From NCBI RefSeq assembly GCF_009914755.1, contig NC_060936.1: a stretch of DNA of 64,000 nt; one strand, written 5' to 3'. The DNA comes from the human T2T-CHM13v2.0 reference genome, Homo sapiens. The stretch's first letter is position 1, and each line of letters starts with the position of its first letter. Below are positions 12,644 through 25,252 of this stretch, in pieces. The notes under the pieces were generated by a model that was not told the DNA's origin, searched no databases, and worked only from the letters and a program-made list of their open reading frames with translations. Both the position numbers and the translations under genes were made by a program.

Positions 12644-14257
12644 TAAAACAAACAAACAAACAAAAGCTTTCTTTGAATTGGGTCCCCTGAAAATAGGACA
12701 CTAAAAGATAATATAAATATAGGCCACCCTTTTGAAAGGGATATATTTTTTATAACCTCATATAAGGCACTATGGCTTGCTTTCAATATATGGAGTGTCT
12801 ATCCTACTTAGCATGCATAATAGCATTCCACAGCTTTCTGAGTTACTAAAGGAAGGTCTCATCTTCAGCTCTTGCCTTCACTTACCATCTGTTCTTTTTC
12901 AAAACCACAGTGCCTCAGCTATGCTGTGGAAATTGAGAAAGTTAATGACTTCTAGCTCTGTCTTCTATTTTGTGGCACTAGGTAGCTCCAATTATCTTTC
13001 ACTATCTCAATTTCTCCACCTGTTAAGTGGGGATAACGATGAGCAAATAATGTGCACAACGTCAGCAGGGTTTAGAAGTGTTCTGTTTTGTCTTTTTATT
13101 TAGATGGAAAGAACACGGTGTTGTTTTAGTGCTGTAGAAAAAACACATAAAATGTCCTTTGCTATTTAGCCACTCATATGCTTTTCTTGTTCTAAAAGAT
13201 CCAACTTTCCTTAATTAAGTTTGGCAACAAATGGGCATCTCCTTCAGGTAAAACCTGCTTCATAACAAAAATAAAAGGATTTGACAAGCCACTGGGACAG
13301 TTTCCAGTACAGTCCTGGGCATTAGAGGATAATTCAATGAAAGAGATATAAGGTCTGAGAACACAAAGGATGACTCTTAATTTTATGCAGCAACAAAGCA
13401 TGTTTACAGCAGACAAAATGGGGCATCGAACGGAAGATTTTTATAAAGCAAATGTACTCACACCTGAAGAAAATTCTGTTTTTGTTTGCTTGCTTGATGT
13501 GGCTCTATCTTGTGCTGACAAAACACATTCTTTGGTGTATTATTCTTTGTGATTCTTCTCTCTTATATCCCTGAGCCCTGTAATGGTGTATTATCTCTAT
13601 AGAGAGCAGGGTGTGCTTTATGATGGATGAGAGATCCCATAGTGAGGGAGATCCATCATCTGTTACAGCTGAGTTAACTGAGTGACTCAGCCTGTGGTCA
13701 GTTGTCTGGAAGGACACTTTAAAAAAGGATCTGGATATGGTATGAGATGCACTTGATTTCTGGAATGTGGCTGACACTGCCACAAGAACCTTAATAAAAC
13801 CACAAACCTAATGGCCAACTAAAACGAGAAAGAAAAACATAGGGAGGAGACCTGTGATAATTTGGACATTTGGCTGATTTCAGTGAAAGAATAAAATATG
13901 ACCCCTAAGAGTGTCCATTTCTCCTAATCAGCCTGCAGAGCTGCTGAATATGTCTTAAAGAGGCCCATTTGGAAACCTCTGAGTTTCCAAATAATCAATG
14001 AATTAGTCTTCATTGATCTGCACTGTTAAGAACTACAAAAGGTTTTTTTTTTTTTTTTGGTGTGTAAAATTAAAATTTAGTGCATTAGAATGCAACACAA
14101 CATTACTTAAAAGAAATATCTTGAGCTTAGAAAAAGGATCCCAGTTGAGGTGGCTTTACTCTCTCTGGCTGGGTAGCCTTAAAAAGTTCATTTACGCAAT
14201 CTGAGCCTCCCTTTCCTCAACTCTTATGTGCATGTTTTCACGATGATGTGTTCCAAT

Positions 14258-14872
14258 ACTGTACTGTCCACTATGAGAGCCGCTAGGCACATGTGGGTAT
14301 TGTGTTCTTGAAATGCAGCTATTGCAACTGAGGGACTTTTTATTCTTATTTCATTTTAAGTCATTAAAGTCAAACTTAACCAAGGCAGTATAAATTTGTT
14401 TTAATACTGATTATTTATTATAAAATTAGTTAAATAATATATCAAAATTTATTTATGTTGTTTCTTTTTTACCTTTTTAGCATACCTACTAGAAAATTTA
14501 AAATTGCATCCAGGCTCAGTGGCTCCCAATACTGTGGGAGGCTGAGGCGAGCAGATCCCTTGAGTCCAGGAGTTTGAGACTAGCCTGGCCAACATGGCAA
14601 AACTCCATCTCTACTAAAAAAAAAAAAAAAAAAAAAAAATGCAAAAAAATTAGCCAAGTGTGGTGGCATGTGCTTGTAGTCTCAGCTGTTTGGGAAGCTT
14701 AGGTGGGAGAATAGCTTGAACCCAGGAAGCAGAGGTTGCTGTGAACCAAGATCACACCACGGCACTCCAGCCTGGGCAACAGAGTGAGATCGTGTCTCAA
14801 AAAAGAAAAAAACAAAACAGAAAATTGTATTGTATAGTAACTCTTGTTATATTTTGGGGGGGACAGTGCTAT
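14258..14872. mobile_element. MER33/Charlie-family DNA transposon split by an Alu
   Basis: tactgtccactatgagagccgctaggcacatgtgg ... ctactagaaaatttaaaatt [Alu] ...ggacagtgct. Confidence 0.75.
14510..14820 (+). mobile_element. AluJ (AluJb-like)
   Basis: Dimer with ttgagtccaggagtttgag; TSD aaaattgcat (14500-14509) / aaaattgtat (14821-14830); linker A-tract expanded to A24; ~12-bp deletion near the 5' end. Confidence 0.92.
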
Positions 14873-15189
14873 TCTAGAAAAATGATTTCAATTAACTATC
14901 ATTCTACTTCCATAGCTATGTATTATTGAAAATAATATTGTCATATTAAAATACTTCCATGACTATGAAAGTTCAACCAAAATATTAATGAGCTATATTT
15001 GTCCCTTTTTCTATAGATAAAATTATTTTTTCTTTTTCTATTTTAAACATTAAAGCAATTTTTATAAGGGGGAGCCTATATCCTAGATGAATAGGGATAA
15101 AAATATTTCTTTCTTTAGGAATATAAGCTCTTCACATTTACCGTTAATCAATGTCTGCTTTGCAACTCCAGGTAACACCTCTTATCTAA

Positions 15190-15512
<323 letters not shown>

Positions 15513-18005
15513 TTTTTATCCTTTTAATAACATGCCTCAGACGTGTCTTCTGGAGATTAAAAGCTAGCTTTAAGAAAGTTGCTACGTTTAGTAGCTCTCT
15601 CTGAGTTGAAGGACAATAGAGATAAGTTTTTGCCCATTCTGTTTAATTTGAGGAGAGTAAATTTTTAGATTTCAAAAGATACAAAATATTTGCTTTTTCT
15701 CCATCAGCAGGGAAGATCTTGGAGCTGCTAGATCTTTAAGAGCAAAGTCTCAACCTTTCCTGCACAGCCCCTGACATTTAAAGGCCAGGGCAATCAAGCC
15801 TATCTCAGAGGTGAAAACTGCCAGTTCAAGATGTCATCAGCCAGCCTTTCCCAAGGTGCCATATTCATGGCTAGGGATTGAGATCAGCATGTCATAAAGC
15901 CCTAAACACAGCACAGAAGAAACACATTTAGACACATGGTTACACATGGATTATATATTCCCTGAATAAGATTGATTCTTAGGCTAAGATCAGGCTTATT
16001 TATCCAATGATAACACCTATCAATTCAAATATTATTGAAAATAATATAGTCCTATTAAAATACTCTCTTGACTACATATTAGTTTGTCTTAGGAAAACAT
16101 CTTTACTCCAAATATCTTATAATCATCCAAATAGGATGTTTTGTCACCTTCAGTTCAGAGTAGTGTACTATATTTTTTAGGGTTGAGACAATTTTCTTAT
16201 TTTCTTTAGTATCTTCCCCATGCTTACAAAAGTGGGGAGTTTTCAGTTTCTGAGGCTGTCCCTGAATGGCATCTAATCAGCATCATTAAAGTTTTGTGCT
16301 TTGTCTTTTATCTGGTTTTTCAGTGAAAGGAGCCTAGCTTCTTTGTCCTGCACATTTCTCATTTCTTATTGTAATTTCTTATCATTGTAATTCCAACTAA
16401 TTTTCTCAAGAATCAAGAAATTTTCCTTCACCCTAGCTGCCTTTGAAGAACTTCCAAAGACTAGTCACTCAATATTGAAACGGCATTGATATACCAGACC
16501 TCTTTTATATCATTCATTCATGTGTATTTTATTTTTCTGGAAAGAGAAAAGGTAGGATAGGGTTCATTGAACTGAGAGTGTTTCTGAAAGTCTTTTTTTT
16601 TTTTTCTCCCTTTCTTAGAGCGATAATCACTGATAGTATCTTTTTCTAGAATAAGATGTTTGTATATTCTTGGCATTAGGAAGTCATTAGGAACTCTCCT
16701 CCATTTGCTGTCCTTGTTGATGACTTGAATTTAAGATGAGTACTGACAATCTCTAAGAGAGGAAATCATTTCTCACAAGTAAGTTGAAATGACAGACCTT
16801 GCAAATAAAGATTTTGTGTTGATACAGATATGAAAACAAAGCATGTCCTCAAACATTAGAACAGTCGATTCCTAGTGTAGCAGGGCATTTATCACAGTGT
16901 TCTTGGAGACTAATCATCTGCCATCTACAGAGAGAATATGAATATTGTTGGTGGCACAGATCATCTTTTTAAACACAGCATACAATTAAGGCCTCCACAG
17001 TGTAGCTCAATTAGAGAAAATATCTTCGTATTTTTATTTTCTCAAGCTGGTCCAATTGGCTGTTTTATTGCCTGAGATTTTGGGGAAATTATTGAGCTGG
17101 AAAATCTATCTGTGTTTTAATGTAAAAGAAGAATTCTCTAATTGTAAATCATACAAAAAAGTGTATTCTAGAGTATATCTTGTAACATTTTACAGGGAAT
17201 GTGATAAAACAGAACTTGTCAGTTCCTTTCTGAGGGAACCAGGCTGCCTTCTGTGTGCTCTCTCTCTCTCACTTTCTCTTTCAGTATTACTGATACCAAA
17301 ATCATTTCTTATTGACACTGCATATTTGTGCATATGTAAGGGTTTAAGAATTTAGCACCATTGACGACATGACACCTCAATGCCTCCTTTTAGCTTAAAT
17401 ATGTTATGTGGCAGGAACAGAATTCTCTTAAATCACCATAAAAGGCCGTTGGTAACTACTAGAAATGAGTGGAAATACTGAGCTGTTTACACAGTAAAAT
17501 CACTCCTCAGTACCAGCACTTAAAGAACAAAATGAAAAGTGAAGTGGGAAAATGTGGGCTTTGAACCAAACAACATTTTTCCTGTGTTTTATTTTTTCAT
17601 TGGAGTAAGGAATGGTGCTTTTTGTTGTTAGAAAAAAATAAATAAACGTACGTGCTTCTTATAGAAAGGCAAATAATTAAACATGGTTTACTCATTGTGT
17701 TCTTTACTCTTGGCTCTCCATATGAAAACATTCTAAAATGAGAAATCTCATGTTATTATAAAGACATGGGTTACGCTGGGGTGTGATTATTTTATTTAAC
17801 AGATTTAAGATAATTTTTAAGGCAAAACTATTTCTATGTCCTGTTACCTGACCACAGTAACAGTGATGTGTTCATCTGTTTACAGTTAATTCCTCATGAT
17901 AAATGATCCTGTTGAACAAATTCTTTTAGAGGTTCTGATGGTAAATAATGGCCAAACATTCTCTCTAAACAAAGCATCAACCGTTTTCAAGGTATATTGA
18001 ACAGA

Positions 18006-18394
18006 TATATTAGACAGGATAGGCCAAGTAATTCTGTGGTAACAAACAACCACAAAATTTTAGTAGCTTACAAAAATAAAAGGATTTATTTCTTTTTCAT
18101 GCTACATGCCTGTTGTGGGGCAGCTGTGGCTCTATTCTACATTGTCTTTATTCTAGAATCTATGATCCATTAGCTGCTCACTGTTTGATAAGTGAGTTAA
18201 CGAAAGCAGGAGAGAGCATGCAAACCATGCTCTCACTCCTACAGCTGGGCCGCAAAAGTGATAACATTTGCTCCTTTTTCACTGACCCAAACAGGTCACA
18301 TGGCCAAATTTGTGAAACAGCATGGTGATGCATCAACTTTTCACAGGGAAGGGGAGGGACCAGATGTATGTGAAGAGTAATACAATCAGCCTCA
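18006..18394 (-). mobile_element. MLT1K/L-type MaLR LTR
   Basis: tattagacaggataggccaagtaattctgtggtaacaaacaaccacaaaattttagtagctta...gtcacatggcc. Confidence 0.75.
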
Positions 18395-20274
18395 TTGATT
18401 ACATATCCCCTTTAGGATGGAGTTTGGAACTTTAAAAATAGCTGATGACTTTATCAATTTACAAACTAATTTTTTTTTACAACTTTTCATCTTGAAAACC
18501 TAATTGTATCAATTACACGTGCCAAAAAAAGTGCATGTTTATGTTTCTAAAACTTAAAACAACTATGTAATATCTATACGCTTGGAGTTGGAAAAAAACA
18601 GCTGCAGTTTGAAGGGAGGGGCAGAAACTGCCCTTCCATTAGGATTCAAATTAGAACCAAATTGTTATTTGCCAATTTTCCAAATAAAATCTTGGCTTAT
18701 ACCTGTGCCAGATCAGCTAAAAGATAGGCATAACTATTCATTATAACAGATTTTACTAGAGTCCAGTGTATTTTTAAATTTAAAATGGATTATGTAATAA
18801 AATTTATTTTGAAGAATAATAAACAGGGAGGCACTATCACAGAAGTCTCTGATTCTTTGCTACAAATATGTGATTTAATAATTGTGAAAGGGCAACAAAT
18901 ATTTGGTAGACATTTTTCAATCACCAATTTTTTTTAAAACAGCTATATCCAACTTTGGGGACTCTTGAAGGAACATATTCACTTTTGAAGAAATATATTC
19001 ACATATTTCTCTGTTTCTGCATATGAAAATCACTTAATGTAATTTGGCATTAATATTCTAGTTCCAAGTAATCTGTGTAAGTGCTCTCCTGGAAACCTCC
19101 CTCTCTTGTACTGGATTCATAATTCTTCATTTATTCACTTATTTTCATGGAATTGGGGCAGTTGTTAAAAGTTGATCAATTTACCACTAGTAATTTTTTT
19201 ACTACTTAATGGATCTTTGTTGAATTTCATAAATTTAGCACCAGTAATAGTTGCTACTTTATAATGACTTGGTTAAAAATAGAGTGTTTGTAAGCATGAA
19301 ATTTGAAGGTAAAGGTTAGTCCTTAGGTGTATGGAAAGAGCTGATGATTGGAGAGAAGCTCAGAGATCCTGACAATTTGAATTAGAGCCAGAGGAAATGG
19401 AAGGGCACACATGAATTGTAAAGTTGAGTCACTGTGGACTTCATTTTCTTGTCGTAATGTTTGTGTTCCTGTTCATCTTATTATATATTTATGGAGCATG
19501 GTTTGTGTACTTGGTGATTTATAACAACATAAACATAAATCACTATGCTCAGGAGCTCACAAACCAGAGGAGAAAACAATGACAGACCTGCAAATATACA
19601 ATGTAGTGGGAGAAAGAAGGTGCCCCTTTTTATTTACTTTTAATTTTTCAAATCTCTATTAAATCATACTCTGTGCGAAACATGTATAGCCATACTTTCT
19701 TTCTGGCTTATCTTCATTGTGGAGTTATGGAAAAGACAGATAACTATTTCTTTTCTCCAAAATGTCCAAGGTTATCAAAGCAGGGCCCTGTCTTGTTACC
19801 CTCAATTTTGACCTAGAAACGGACTCATCAAAATAGCTATTGCTTATCATACTTTACATTAAATAAAAATCTGATTTTTAAACTGTCCTGTTGAACTAGT
19901 ACACAAACATCTAATCTGAATTGGCTAATACATCTTCAATGTAATGGTGAGCATTTTGCTATTTTGAATGTTTTGTATTATATTATTTTGTTTATAAACA
20001 TAGGATCAAATGGTATTTTGTTGCAGTTGAGGTTTAGGTTTAGGTTTAAATATTAATATTTAAAATAGGCCAAGTAAAGAGGGAGATTTCACAGATGAGG
20101 ATGAAGTGTGTATTTCAGGTTGTGAAATTCAAGAAATACTGTAAATAATGCTCTAAGTCTTTATATGAGAGGTATTGTGAATTTTATGTCTTATGGATTT
20201 TGCTATTTTGTTTTAGCTATTTGAATCCAAATATTTAATATCAAATTCAGGAAATTAAAACTTATTGAGTAAGC

Positions 20275-20545
20275 ATAAGAAGAATAATATAGTATGGGCA
20301 TTGGAATTTTACTCTGGGGGTTCAAATTCTTCCTAGCTCATGAGAAACTAATATATATAAAGTGATACACAGTAAGTAGCCATATTCTATTGTCTGACCT
20401 TGGACACCTTTTTCTACACTTCTGAGCTCTCTTTTTCTGTTAAGTTGAAATAATACTTCTAAAGATTTTTATGAGGATTAAATGAATATTAACAATGTCT
20501 CATGATATGTCTCATAGTGTGTAGGTACTGCATATACGTTCAATT
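20275..20545 (+). mobile_element. MIR SINE
   Basis: ggttcaaattct...tgaccttggaca...tgaggattaaatga...gtaggtact. Confidence 0.6.
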
Positions 20546-21589
20546 CTTGATCATTAGGTACACATTTTTGAATCATCGAATTCACTGGTGTTACCTTCAA
20601 AATGAGAGGTAGGGTAGGAAGGTCTGGTTTTGAATTTCAACGTAGTCAGTAACCTGCTGGATTTTCTTGGAAAAAATGTAATCACCTCATTAAAAATATT
20701 GAAATATTAATAGCATATCTCAAAGCCTTATGAAATTTAAATTCAGTGATAGTATATAAATAACAGGCCAAAGAATCCTTCCACAAATGTTTACTGAATA
20801 TTCACTATGCAATGTCACTTTTTTTAGGTTTTGGGAATACAAGAATATATAAGATGTAATCATTGACCTTAAAGCATGTGGTAGTAGGTGATCATCAATA
20901 TATGCTAGATTTGACCTCACTCTTTCATTCTTTCTTTAATTAAGAAAATAATATTTTAGTGTTTCTGATTGCTACCTTGAATCCTAGGTTCTCGCTAGAA
21001 GACACTTTGGTAGGTCGTGGCTATCAGAAAGTATCCAGGCTAGAAAGCCCTCATGCCATGTAGAAAAATCCTATATCATTTGGTAATACTGGGATAAAAT
21101 CTTCCTGTTACTTTGATAAAAATTGCACATTGATAAGAGCCATTCAGTTGTATTCAGGTAGCTGGCAGTTACAGCACACATTAATTTGTTAGCATGGTGA
21201 TGATGTCACTTTTCGGGTGAGTAAAGGATAAAAGTTCCAGGTGGAAGAGACTTGATGCTCCTCTGAACTGCCTGGACCCCTGGCCCTGCACTAACAGTTG
21301 AAGCTCAATAACCTACACATAGGAAACCCACAGCTTACTATCTGATAATCCTTGACTCTAACTAGTAGAGGTGTGTTGGCTTTCTCTGCTAAATAGACAA
21401 TTATCTATCCACTTAAAATGGCATTGAATGTCGTGCTGCTTATTTATTTATTAATCCTGGAGACCTTGGGCTTCCACAGAAACATGTAGAGCTTGGATTG
21501 GATCTTTTGTGTAATGTATGCCTCACTCTTACCTGTAGGCATCTCAGGATTTATTTCCTGGACACCGAGTGAATATATTGTACATCCTT

Positions 21590-21768
21590 TGTTCAAATTC
21601 CAGTTACGTCCTTTAACAGAATTTGCTCTTGACTCTGAGTAAATTGCTTAATCTCTTTCAATCTGACTTTTCATCTGTAAAATCGGAGAAAACTAAAGTA
21701 AAACATTACAGAATGCTTAGCATTGTAACTGGTACAGATTAAAGACTCAGTAAATGTTAGATGACTAT
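21590..21768 (+). mobile_element. MIR SINE
   Basis: gttcaaattccag...tcatctgtaaaatcggag...ctcagtaaatgttag. Confidence 0.7.
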
Positions 21769-21800
21769 ACTGATTCCTGGCAGAGCAAGAAAAGCAGCTC

Positions 21801-22702
21801 CGTTTTCCACAGTGGCTGAATTAACTTAAACTCCCACCAGCAGTTTGTAAGTGTTCCCTTTTCTCTGCAACCTTGCGGCATCTGTTATTTTTTGACTTTT
21901 TAGCAATGGCCATTCTGATGCGATTTCTCAAAGAACTTAAAACAGAATTACTATTCCACCCAGCAATCCCATTGTTGAGTATATACCCAAAGGAATATAA
22001 TTCATTCTACCATAAAGACACATGCATGTCTGTTAATCATGCATCATTCACAGTAGGAAAGACATGGAATCAATCTAAATGATCATCACTGGTAGACTGA
22101 ATAAAGAAAAGATGGTACATATACATCATGGAATACTATGCAGCCATAAAAAAGAATGAGATCTACTGGAGACTGGAGTGTGGGAAGAGGGAGAAAATCA
22201 GGAAAAATAACTAATGGGTACTAGGCTTAATACCTGGGTGATGAAACAATCTATACAACAAACCCACCTGACACAAGTTTACCTGTGTAACAAACCTCAT
22301 GTATCTCGGAACTTAATAAAAGTTAAAAAATAAAATAAATAATTTTACCTGGAAAAAAAGAGTATGAGATCATGTCCTTTGCAGCAACATGGGTGGAGCT
22401 GGAGGCCATTGTCCTAAGCAAACTAATATAGAAACAGAAAACCAAATACTGCATCTTCTTACTTATAAGTGGGAGCTAAACAACAAGAACACAGGGACAC
22501 AAAGAGGAGAACTACCAGACACTGGGGCCTACTTTGAGGGTGGAAGGTGAGAGGAGGGAGTGGATTAAAAAAATACTTATTGGGTATTATCCTTATTACC
22601 TGGGTGACTAAATAATCTGCACAGCTAACTCCAACAACATGCAGTTTACCTATATAAAAATCCTGCACATACATGTACCCCTAAACCTAAAATATTTTAT
22701 TT
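21801..22702 (+). mobile_element. Truncated L1PA15/16-like element with a 5' inversion (21801-21918 inverted)
   Basis: ORF2 C-terminus (RFLKELKTELLFHPAIPLLSIYPKE) and 3'UTR; TSD aaaagcagctc (21790-21800) / aaaagaagctc (22703-22713). Confidence 0.9.
22164..22352 (+). mobile_element. L1PA13-like 3' end nested in the older L1
   Basis: aaaaataactaatgggtactaggcttaatacctgggtgatgaaa; host aaaaaagaatgagatc duplicated on both sides. Confidence 0.85.
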
Positions 22703-23373
22703 AAAAGAAGCTCTGATGAACACAAGTGCAATATCAAGGAGGGAATTGACATGGAGAGACACCCATCCTTGGTGACATATTTAGAAACAATGTCATTTGT
22801 GTGGTTTAGAGTTGGTAATTATTACTCATAAGAATTTTCAAACTGATTGACAATACAAAATATATTTGACCCCTCAAGTAATACATTCGTTTCATTGTTT
22901 TTTAAAATGTCATTTACATGACTGACTTTAATACCTGAATTTCAAACAAATGCAATGTATGCACTTCTCAACGTAACTGAAAAGATATTGCATGTTTTCA
23001 ACCATATGAATGGCCCAGTAAGTAGCATTTAAATCAAAATATAGCATTTCTCTCTTGCTTCTGTAATGTTCATATTCTAAAGCATGTTCCATGGGCTAAT
23101 ATGTTATACAAGAACAGGAAGCTGCTGTTTTACATAGAGAATTACTTTAATAGTCAGCTAAGTCAACCTAGAAAACCCCTTCTGGAAGGTTCCACTCAAA
23201 TGTTACCTCTTTATTGCACTATTCCAGGACTCAGTCATTACTTCTTCTGTGTTTTCCTAACATTTTATATCAAGCTCTTATTATATCACTTATATCATTT
23301 ATTATTTATATATTTATCTTTTAAACTATGCTTTTTCTTATTCTTAAATATTTGCCTTTTAAAGTTGTTTCTT

Positions 23374-23700
<327 letters not shown>

Positions 23701-23809
23701 CCCAAACTTAATGCTGTTACAACTAGGTTTTAAAGAATGGTCATGAATTGAATAGTAATGGATATAATGGATATCAAACTACTTCGATCATTTAGAAATT
23801 TTCTACATT

Positions 23810-23980
23810 TAATAATCATTTAAGGAAGGGCATAATTACTATTATTCCCAGTTTTCAGGAAAAGAACCTGACAGAGTTTTCTGGTTTTAAATAAAATGCA
23901 GTGTGTGTAATGTGTCCAGATTCACATTGCTAGCAATAGAGATTCAGGACTCAGATTTAGCCATTTTGTCCCTAAGATCT
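23810..23980 (-). mobile_element. MIR remnant
   Basis: tattattcccagttttcagg...tgtccagattcacattgctagcaa. Confidence 0.5.
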
Positions 23981-23998
23981 TAAGGACAAAATGGCTAA
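23957..23998. repeat. 42-bp near-perfect palindrome
   Basis: ttagccattttgtcc-c-taagatctta-a-ggacaaaatggctaa; one mismatched pair, no spacer. Confidence 0.95.
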
Positions 23999-24484
23999 GC
24001 AACTGAAATGCAAAAATTTCCAACCAAGAAAAATGTTTATATTTAAATTGAAAGATATGGGTAAAAATAGGATATTCAAATTTTTTAAAAAGGGAAAACA
24101 TTAGATAAAAATATTAAGACAAGTAAAAGCTAATAAAACATTGAAGAAATTCAAATTAATGTGAGCTGGTTCAGATTTAGACCAATCTGTTTTGTTTTAT
24201 AAGATGAATACTTTCAAATTTGGGGTGAAATTATTACGTTGTTTTAATCATTTAATTTACACATTCCTTTTTTATTGATACAATAGGAAACATAATGGCC
24301 TTATTGAAAACTCAGTTCTATAGTATTATTTTATATATTCCCATGTTGAAATATTACTGGATCATGGAATCAGAAGGAAATGCATTGCCTTATGAGAGAT
24401 ATCTTTGGGTGGAGCAAGAGTGTTTTAACAGGGAATGAAAATGGAAATTAATAAATACCATGAAATTATAAGAGAAATTTTGTG

Positions 24485-24528
24485 TATATGTGTACATATG
24501 CATTTCTATATGTGTACATATGCATTTC
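24485..24528. repeat. Exact 22-bp tandem duplication
   Basis: tatatgtgtacatatgcatttc x2. Confidence 0.95.
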
Positions 24529-24769
24529 TTTGGAAAGAAGTTCCATAGCATTCATGAAATTCTCAAAGTCATTTATGACCACAAAGAAGTCATGTAGAAA
24601 AAGGAGCTTTGGAACAAGAGCCACTTAAATCCCATTTACAGACTCCTGTGTGTAAATTGCTTTCATTATGAGGTTGATGAGGAAATTAAATTACATAGCC
24701 TATGTAAATAACTGGTTTTAGAAGGTGCATAATAATGCAATATATACTAATTCTCATTCTTCTTAATTA

Positions 24770-25252
24770 CTTGAGGAATAAAGTCCAAATTATTTAGCTC
24801 AACATTCAAGAAACGTACAAGATTTTTATTAAGCTTCCTTTTCTGTCTTCATTTTTCCCGTACTCTATTTTCTAGTCAGATGGGATTATTCACTGTCAAG
24901 GACCATACTTACCTTCTCATTCTTCTAGTCTCTTGTTACTGTTACTCCTCCAAACTCATTCAATTGATTTCATCTAATTTTTGCCCAAACATTAAGGACT
25001 TAATATTAAGACCCATCCTAATGAACCTTTGATAACTGTTCCATGTATATATTTTTTACTCCTCTAAATTCAAAAGCACTTTTTAACCTCTAATGATTTT
25101 GAATGTTTTATTTAATAATAAGAATATGCACGTGTCCTGTAACTTCTCTCTTAGGCTATAAGCTCCTTGGGTCAAGGATCACATTTTCCTCAACGTTGTA
25201 CATACCTAAAACCCAGAAAAAGCTGACTGTATATTTGTGGAATTAATGAATG
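24770..25252 (+). mobile_element. L2 3' region
   Basis: aataaagtccaaat...ggctataagctccttgggtcaagga...atatttgtggaattaatgaatg. Confidence 0.65.

Noticed and set aside
20045-20064. 20-bp perfect palindrome tttaaatattaatatttaaa after (ggttta)3
   Set aside because: A/T-only, so plausible by chance in AT-rich DNA; the hexamers are not true TTAGGG telomere repeats.
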